Below, piece after piece: positions 57,573 through 64,000 of a stretch of DNA of 64,000 nucleotides. Position 1 is the first letter of the stretch, and each line of letters starts with the position of its first letter. Source of the DNA: an uncultured Clostridia bacterium (lineage in GTDB: Bacteria; Bacillota_I; Bacilli_A; RF39; UBA660). The notes beneath the pieces were generated by a model. That model did no database searches, was not told the DNA's origin, and saw nothing but the letters and a program-made list of their open reading frames with translations. The stretch is taken from the NCBI GenBank assembly GCA_947165135.1, contig CAMUZE010000001.1, forward strand, positions 6,079-70,078. The letters are read 5' to 3'. The translations under genes were made by a program, and so were the position numbers.

Positions 57573-58754
57573 TTATTTTTTTAAACCTTTTACTCCTTTT
57601 GAACCACTAAAACCATTTAGAATATTACTATCAAATGATTTTACTTTTTTAAGTCTATTTTTATAATCTTTGATACCTAAAGTAATTATTTCATCTAACA
57701 TATCTTTATATTCAAGATTATCCTCTTTCCATAAATAAAATGATAAACTTCCAGGGCATGTATTAGGCTCATTTACATAATAGTTTTTAGTTTTAGAATC
57801 AATCAAATAATCTATTCTACAAACACCGCTAAGATTTAATAATTTAAACACTTTTTTAGATGTCTCTTTTATTTCATTAGTTAACTTTTCATCTATTCTA
57901 GCTGGTATTACTCTACTAGTTGAAGCCATGCCTTTAGATGAACCTTTGGTTTTAGAATTACCTAAATATTTGTCAGCAAAACTAAGTATTTCATCAAGCC
58001 CCATGACTTCTTCAAGAGGAGATACTTTTTGATATTCATAATTTCCAATTACACTTGCATTTACCTCTATTAAATTTTGCACAGCCTTTTCAATCACAAT
58101 TTTATTATCATATCTGATTGCTTCATTAATAGCATCTCTTATATTTTTTTCATTTTCTACAAAAGTAATACCAATACTACTTCCTAAAGTTGCTGGTTTA
58201 ACAACAACTGGATATCCTAATTTTTTAATATTATTTAAAATTTCTTCTTCGTTTTCTAAATATTCATTATCATAAAAATATGTATAATCCACTATTGGTA
58301 AATGAGCGTTTCCTAGTATCTGTTTCATTACTACTTTATCTTGCCCTACTGCTCCACCTAATACTTTAGAACCAACATAAGGAATACCGATTGTATCTAA
58401 ATATCCTGCTAAAGAACCATCTTCTATTCCACTTCCATGAACTACAGGTAAAACTATATCAACACTAGTTATTTCCTTATTAAATAATCCATCTACTTTT
58501 TTTAGAACAAATGATTTACCTTTTTTTAGTAATACCACTTTATTAGCAAATCTTAAATTATTATCTAAATCTTTATAGAATTCTATTTCTTTTAACATAT
58601 TACCTGTATACCAAGTTTTATCCTTTGAAATATATAATGGAATTATTTCATATTTGTTTTCATCTAAATTACTCATTGCTTGTAAAGCAGAAATAATACT
58701 TACTTCATGTTCAGTAGTTTCTCCACCATAAATAACTAATACTTTAATTTTCAT
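57573..58754 (-). CDS. ddl: D-Ala-D-Ala ligase
   Basis: GG...EHEVS..SA, HG..EDG, GSSIG, KY loop, NEPNT.PG. Confidence 0.95.
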   Translation of the reverse strand: MKIKVLVIYGGETTEHEVSIISALQAMSNLDENKYEIIPLYISKDKTWYTGNMLKEIEFYKDLDNNLRFANKVVLLKKGKSFVLKKVDGLFNKEITSVDIVLPVVHGSGIEDGSLAGYLDTIGIPYVGSKVLGGAVGQDKVVMKQILGNAHLPIVDYTYFYDNEYLENEEEILNNIKKLGYPVVVKPATLGSSIGITFVENEKNIRDAINEAIRYDNKIVIEKAVQNLIEVNASVIGNYEYQKVSPLEEVMGLDEILSFADKYLGNSKTKGSSKGMASTSRVIPARIDEKLTNEIKETSKKVFKLLNLSGVCRIDYLIDSKTKNYYVNEPNTCPGSLSFYLWKEDNLEYKDMLDEIITLGIKDYKNRLKKVKSFDSNILNGFSGSKGVKGLKK

Positions 58755-58766
58755 AAACTACATCTC

Positions 58767-60356
58767 CTACTCATTAAATATATCAGGTAAATCATTTTCA
58801 AGTAATACATATGTTTTTTTATCACTAAGCTTTTTCATAAGAGGAAAAGCTTCTTTTACATCATTTAAAATATAAATATTTTTTTCACTATATTTTTCTT
58901 TCTTTAACCCATCATATATTGGCTTAGTTTGCTCTCTTCCAACTAATATTACTTCATCACACACTTTAGCAATTTGTCGTCCAAATTCCATATTATATTC
59001 ATATTGCTTATCCCCTAGTTCTATCATACCTGGAGTTACAATTATCTTTTTACCATCCATTAATCCCAAAACATCTACTGCCATTTTAGAACCAACTGGA
59101 TTTGAATTATAAGCATCATCTATTATTGTAATATCCCCTAATTTTTTAAGTTCAAGTCTATGCTCAATTGTTGCAATTTTTTTAACACCTGTTTTTATTT
59201 GTTCAATGGTAAGTCCCAGTTCATATGCAAGAGCAATAGATTCACAAATATTATATACATTAGCATTACCTAATAATTTAGTTTCAAATTCTGCTTTCTC
59301 TTCTATATTTTTAAATATACAAGTAAATTTAGTACCACTATTTGAAAGTTTAATATTACTTATATATACATCAGCATCTTTATTATTCATTGATATCCAT
59401 AATACTTTACATTTACTTTTTAATTTATAACTTACTTGATATGGATCATCCATATTAAGCACTGCGACCCCATCATCAGGTAAACTATCTATTAATTCAA
59501 ATTTACCTTTTTGAATATTCTCTACACTTCCAAAGCTTTCCAAATGAGCAGTTCCTATAGTTGTTAATATTGCATATTTAGGTTTAATAAAGTTTGCTTT
59601 TTCTTTTATTTCCCCCCTCTTAAATGCTCCCATTTCAGCAATAAATATATCATCAAATTTATCCATATAATTATTTATGGCATTCATAAGTCCATACATA
59701 GTATTGAAACTTTTAGGCGTTGCAAAAGAATTATATTTAACATTTAATATATCATTAAGTGCATTCTTTGTGCTAGTTTTTCCATAACTACCAGTAATGC
59801 CTATTCTTTTTAAATTAATCATACTATTAAGTTTTTTTTGAGCTTTTCTTTTATAATATAAGAAAACTATTTTTTCTACAGGTATATTTATTATATTAGC
59901 AAGCATTACAAACAAATAATTTAACCATACAATAAACCCTATATATATATAATAAATATACAACAATGAACTTTCAAATCCAATAACAATTGGTATTATT
60001 GAAATAACATATAAAATTAATAAAGTAAAATATAATCTTTTAATTCTTGCTGTTATTACTAAAGGTTTTTTAGACTGCTCTTTTTTAATACTATTTTTAT
60101 ATAAGTAATAAACACACAAATAAAAGAATATAAAAATAGCAGCAGAAATATTAAATTTAAAGAATTTTAGTAAAACAAATAATATGAATAATAAATCATA
60201 AGTAATAAACACTTTTCTTTCATTATCTATTACCCATTTAAAATATCTATTCCCATCATTATACCAATTTTGCTGAAGCATATGCATTGCTTTTTTACTT
60301 TTAAATATTAAATAATAAAGGCATGGAATTAAACTTATAATAAAATATATTTTCAT
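58767..60356 (-). CDS. murF: UDP-MurNAc-tripeptide--D-Ala-D-Ala ligase with N-terminal membrane extension
   Basis: ITGSYGKTSTK, SFNT..G, EMGA, AHLE.F, DDAYNSNP. Confidence 0.93.
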   Translation of the reverse strand: MKIYFIISLIPCLYYLIFKSKKAMHMLQQNWYNDGNRYFKWVIDNERKVFITYDLLFILFVLLKFFKFNISAAIFIFFYLCVYYLYKNSIKKEQSKKPLVITARIKRLYFTLLILYVISIIPIVIGFESSLLYIYYIYIGFIVWLNYLFVMLANIINIPVEKIVFLYYKRKAQKKLNSMINLKRIGITGSYGKTSTKNALNDILNVKYNSFATPKSFNTMYGLMNAINNYMDKFDDIFIAEMGAFKRGEIKEKANFIKPKYAILTTIGTAHLESFGSVENIQKGKFELIDSLPDDGVAVLNMDDPYQVSYKLKSKCKVLWISMNNKDADVYISNIKLSNSGTKFTCIFKNIEEKAEFETKLLGNANVYNICESIALAYELGLTIEQIKTGVKKIATIEHRLELKKLGDITIIDDAYNSNPVGSKMAVDVLGLMDGKKIIVTPGMIELGDKQYEYNMEFGRQIAKVCDEVILVGREQTKPIYDGLKKEKYSEKNIYILNDVKEAFPLMKKLSDKKTYVLLENDLPDIFNE

Positions 60357-61108
60357 TTTTTATCACTTCCTATAAAACTATTTAATACTCTTATCGTTTG
60401 ATCTAATCTTTCTAAATATGCATAATGGGTGCATCCTTCATATACAACTAGTCCGGCATTATTTATTAATTTTTCAAGTTCTTGTCCATCTTCAATAGGC
60501 ACTGCCTCATCATTAGTACCCCATATTAATAATGTGGGGCATTTTATTTTACTTAATTCACTTGTTAAATCTAAGTTAACATGATTAACTAATATTTTTC
60601 TCATTTTTTCACTAGCATTTTTATAATCAGTAGACCCAACATGTTTTTTTACAAAATTCTCTAATTTGTTTAAACCAGGAATTTTTTTTATAAATTTATA
60701 AACTTTTACTTTAAAAGTTTCTTTTTTAATTTTCTTTTTATATGGACTAGCAAGTAAAACAATCTTTTTAGGATTATATTTGATTGCATAACATAATGAT
60801 ATTTTTCCACCAAAAGAATGTCCAATTAAAATTGGATTTTTAATTTTTAATTTCTTTAATATTAAGTCTAACATTTCAGCATAATCATAAATAGACCATA
60901 CATCATCTGGTTCAGAACTATTACCGAAACCGGGTAAATCTAATATTAATACGTTATATTTTTTTATAAATGGTTTAGCAAGCCCCATCATCATTTCAAT
61001 ATTTTGTCCCCAACCATGTAAAAAAACTAAACTCTCTTTTGATTTATTATCATAAAAAACATAATTAACACTTGTATTCTTGATTATCATTTCCATATAA
61101 TCCACCAT
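60353..61108 (-). CDS. Alpha/beta hydrolase
   Basis: HGWG, DLPGFG.S, GHSFGG; in an operon with murF-ddl. Confidence 0.92.
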   Translation of the reverse strand: MVDYMEMIIKNTSVNYVFYDNKSKESLVFLHGWGQNIEMMMGLAKPFIKKYNVLILDLPGFGNSSEPDDVWSIYDYAEMLDLILKKLKIKNPILIGHSFGGKISLCYAIKYNPKKIVLLASPYKKKIKKETFKVKVYKFIKKIPGLNKLENFVKKHVGSTDYKNASEKMRKILVNHVNLDLTSELSKIKCPTLLIWGTNDEAVPIEDGQELEKLINNAGLVVYEGCTHYAYLERLDQTIRVLNSFIGSDKK

Positions 61109-61220
61109 ACTAATTATATCATTAATAATTTTTTTTTAGAATTAATTTGGTATATATAAACACTCTTTTGACATTTAAAAATATTTATGATAGTATATCA
61201 ATTACTTTGAGGTATGTAAT

Positions 61221-61640
61221 ATGAAAAACTTAGATTATGAAAATTTATTTATTGGGAATATATATATAAACGATGGTGAAGTTTTTTTACCAGTCGGAAC
61301 ATATATAGTTGAAGAAGTGTGTGATAAAAAATGTAATATACTTGGATACAAAGAAGCTAACACAGGGGATATGGTGGTCAATAGATTAAAACGCAAATTT
61401 ATATTAAGACATGGAATTACTGAATATGATGTAGATAGTGTTAAACCATTTAAAAATTTACCCGGAGATGTTATTTGGAAAATAACAAGATATCCAGTCT
61501 CATGTGTTTTAAGCGAAGATGAGATTAAAAAATATCTAAAAGCAAATCCTAATGATATAAGATCTTCTCTTACTTATGTTAGACAACATTCATTAGAAAT
61601 AATTAATTACTGCGATGCTCAAAAGCTTGAATTAAAATGA
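61221..61640 (+). CDS. Hypothetical protein
   Basis: 139 aa, own TTGACA promoter, GAGG RBS, ends AQKLELK. Confidence 0.8.
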   Translation: MKNLDYENLFIGNIYINDGEVFLPVGTYIVEEVCDKKCNILGYKEANTGDMVVNRLKRKFILRHGITEYDVDSVKPFKNLPGDVIWKITRYPVSCVLSEDEIKKYLKANPNDIRSSLTYVRQHSLEIINYCDAQKLELK

Positions 61641-61654
61641 CTTTAGTCATTTTT

Positions 61655-62026
61655 TTATTTAAATATTTTTATTTTGTTTATTATCGGTAATCCTCTAGCT
61701 TTACCACTGCATACATTTGATATTCCAACACATGAAAGTATCAATAGTAATAGCCAAATAATTGATAATATTACTTGAAAAATACTAATATTTATATTTG
61801 AGACTATTTTAAAAAACAAATAATAAAATACAGCTATTATAAACAGATTCATTCCATTAATAGAGTGATATCTAACAAATTTATTATCTTTATTTAAAAA
61901 ATATGGAATTAATGGAATTATATAGCATAAAACACCCATGTCTTTTCCACTTTTTATATCATTTTCATCATATAAATATGTTTCATCTTTAACACTATTA
62001 ATTAGTTTTAAAATAAAATTCTTCAT
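61655..62026 (-). CDS. DUF4870-like membrane protein
   Basis: M.VLCY, FVRYH, G....LPII. Confidence 0.75.
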   Translation of the reverse strand: MKNFILKLINSVKDETYLYDENDIKSGKDMGVLCYIIPLIPYFLNKDNKFVRYHSINGMNLFIIAVFYYLFFKIVSNINISIFQVILSIIWLLLLILSCVGISNVCSGKARGLPIINKIKIFK

Positions 62027-62057
62027 ATAATCACCATTTAATTATATGAAGAATTAT

Positions 62058-62960
62058 TTATTTTTTTACTAATTTTAAATTGCCTTCTTTTACCTCATTA
62101 CTTTGCCATCCTGACCAATCATTTGAATAATTTCTAGCATAATATAATGTGTTAGGATAATAACTAGTAAGTCCATTATACCAAGAATTTATTTCCCATA
62201 TTGGCACATTTCTTGTATAAGATAAATCACTTGATAGATAACTATCCTTGTTTTCTACAAATTTTATTAAATCTTCTTTGTCATATCCTTCACTATTAGT
62301 TAATACTTTCATGTATCTAGCATATTTAGATATTAATTCTTTATCAGAAAATAATACTTCTCCATAAATAATAGGCAGCCATTTTTTTAATGAAAAAGTA
62401 ACATTTTTAAAAAAGTCACATCCCTCTTCAGGTAATGCTATGCTTTTAGCAGCATCAAATCTAAACCCATCCACTCCACAGCTAATGTAATAATTTAACA
62501 TATCAATTACTTTTTGTTGTACTAGTATGTTATTAGGATTCAAACCAGGCAGTCCCATACAATAATGTGTAACTTCATATCTATTATCCCAATTTTGTAC
62601 TTGCCTTCTTTCTTTCCAACAATCCCAATTATTTAGTAAATCTTTATCGCACATTTTATTTGGTATTAAACTATTTGGTTCATCAGTAGATGCCAAATGA
62701 TTAACAACCACATCTGCAATAATAAAGATTCCATGTTCATGAGCTATATCGCATAATCTTTTTAAATCATCTACATTACCAAGCCTATTACCCAAATTAA
62801 AATTTATTGGTTGATAAAGCATCCACCATTCATGTGAATAATCATTCTTTGTATTTTGAAGTGGACTAATCTGTATTGCATCAAATCCTTGATCTTTTAT
62901 TTCAGGTAAATGATTAATAATACTATTTAAACTGCAATCGAATAAACTTAAAACCCTCAT
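62058..62960 (-). CDS. Minimal GH13 alpha-amylase-like protein
   Basis: IQISP, WW..YQP, DVVVNH, GFRFDAAK, YGEV, ENKD; no signal peptide or C domain. Confidence 0.88.
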   Translation of the reverse strand: MRVLSLFDCSLNSIINHLPEIKDQGFDAIQISPLQNTKNDYSHEWWMLYQPINFNLGNRLGNVDDLKRLCDIAHEHGIFIIADVVVNHLASTDEPNSLIPNKMCDKDLLNNWDCWKERRQVQNWDNRYEVTHYCMGLPGLNPNNILVQQKVIDMLNYYISCGVDGFRFDAAKSIALPEEGCDFFKNVTFSLKKWLPIIYGEVLFSDKELISKYARYMKVLTNSEGYDKEDLIKFVENKDSYLSSDLSYTRNVPIWEINSWYNGLTSYYPNTLYYARNYSNDWSGWQSNEVKEGNLKLVKK

Positions 62961-63046
62961 AACTATTACTCTTATATACTCCTAATTATAAGTTTATCAT
63001 ATTTTTTATAATTAAAAAAGCAATTAGATAACTAATTGCTTCACTT

Positions 63047-64000
63047 CTATTTTATTTTTCTTGCTTCTAAATAAAATCTCTTATCATAACTATGTCCCAT
63101 AGAGAAAGTTTTTCTAGGAAGAGCCCCATCTAATATAACTGTTTTAAATAAATCTTCTTTTGCCATAGCATCGAATATTATTCCAACATTATTATCTTTT
63201 TTAGCAAATTCTTTAGTTACATCTTCTCCATGAATATAATCTATTTTTCCATTGTGATTACTTAAATATTCATCTAAAAACATTTGAATAGAACCTACTG
63301 CTATATTAGATTTAGGATTAGATATATATAATACTTTATCCATATCTTTAGTAACCAATTCAAATTTTTGACCATTACCCTCTTCATTAATATCATAATA
63401 TTTATATAAATTATCAAGTAAATCATTAACATCAGTATCAAATATTACCCTGTGAATTGCCTCAAATTCTAATGCGCCACTATGAAGATTAACAAGTTCA
63501 ACAAGTGCATATCTTGCAGGATTATTTAAGTATTCTTCTTCACTCATTGTTTCTTTTAATTTTTCATAGCATGCTTTAGCAGTAGCTAATGAGTGATTTC
63601 CATCTCCCATAGCAAATAATAATATGCCTTTATCTTTAACATCATATTTCTTTTCAAAATATTCTTTATCCGCTAATGCTTCTAATTTAGTATTAATTTC
63701 ATTAATAACATCATTATTAAGTTTGTATCCTTTAATGTGTCCACCCTTTTGCATCAATTCAAAATCATAAACCACGTCATTTTCACTGACTTTATTTTTT
63801 AAACTTTCAATGATATCTTTCTTTTCATCATCAATTAATATCATAATATGAGGAAGTTCAAGTAATGCATTTTCTCTTACTTTCATTCTTGGGGGTATTC
63901 TTTCAATAACTGTTTTTTCAGTAGCTCTAATTAAAGTTTGAGAACCTTTTTCATAAGAATATGCTTCTAAATCAACTATCCCCATTAATCCTTCTCTTAC
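63047..64000 (-). CDS. DUF1015 family protein (5' end outside the window)
   Basis: IRATE.T, GDGNHSLATAK, LPRKTFSMG; frame open to the window edge. Confidence 0.85.
   Translation of the reverse strand, partial: VREGLMGIVDLEAYSYEKGSQTLIRATEKTVIERIPPRMKVRENALLELPHIMILIDDEKKDIIESLKNKVSENDVVYDFELMQKGGHIKGYKLNNDVINEINTKLEALADKEYFEKKYDVKDKGILLFAMGDGNHSLATAKACYEKLKETMSEEEYLNNPARYALVELVNLHSGALEFEAIHRVIFDTDVNDLLDNLYKYYDINEEGNGQKFELVTKDMDKVLYISNPKSNIAVGSIQMFLDEYLSNHNGKIDYIHGEDVTKEFAKKDNNVGIIFDAMAKEDLFKTVILDGALPRKTFSMGHSYDKRFYLEARKIK

Noticed and set aside
57573-58754. ddl as a vancomycin-resistance D-Ala-D-Lac ligase
   Set aside because: Has the KY (Tyr) loop of D-Ala-D-Ala ligases and lies in a murF operon with no van genes.

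Overview
Very AT-rich chromosomal window from a walled low-GC Bacillota (Bacilli-like) genome using genetic code 11. The mix of murE/murF/ddl/murI/PBP1A, xfp, cotJ and many ORFans resembles uncultured gut RF39/UBA660-type Bacilli, but that placement is inference. The right ~43 kb (21.5-64 kb) is mostly housekeeping: peptidoglycan genes, a SipW-dependent fibre/pilus operon, phosphoketolase, tsaE, cotJB/C, an ABC transporter, tRNA-Asn, feoAB, CIRCE-controlled hsp20, ychF, parA/parB and lipid genes. The left ~21 kb is unusual. It holds two mostly minus-strand arrays (about 0.2-6.1 kb and 8.7-17.8 kb) of short orphan genes. In the first array these are self-contained cassettes built from shared, apparently shuffled promoter+RBS and terminator modules. 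Many otherwise unrelated products end in a similar basic C-terminal tag (x-L-[E/V/T]-[K/R/P]-basic/Asn tail). At least three paralog pairs link the two arrays, and each array ends at a copy of the same ~135-bp structured non-coding element. Two orphan promoters drive ORF-less structured RNAs. The cargo includes effector-like folds (JAB/MPN metalloprotease, HopA1/phosphothreonine-lyase-like protein, HExxH plus variable-LRR protein). Best hypothesis (inference): a cassette-organised library of C-terminally tagged, possibly exported proteins. No integrase, transposase, reverse transcriptase or CRISPR array is visible in the window. All product calls come from motif recognition by eye; no database search was run.
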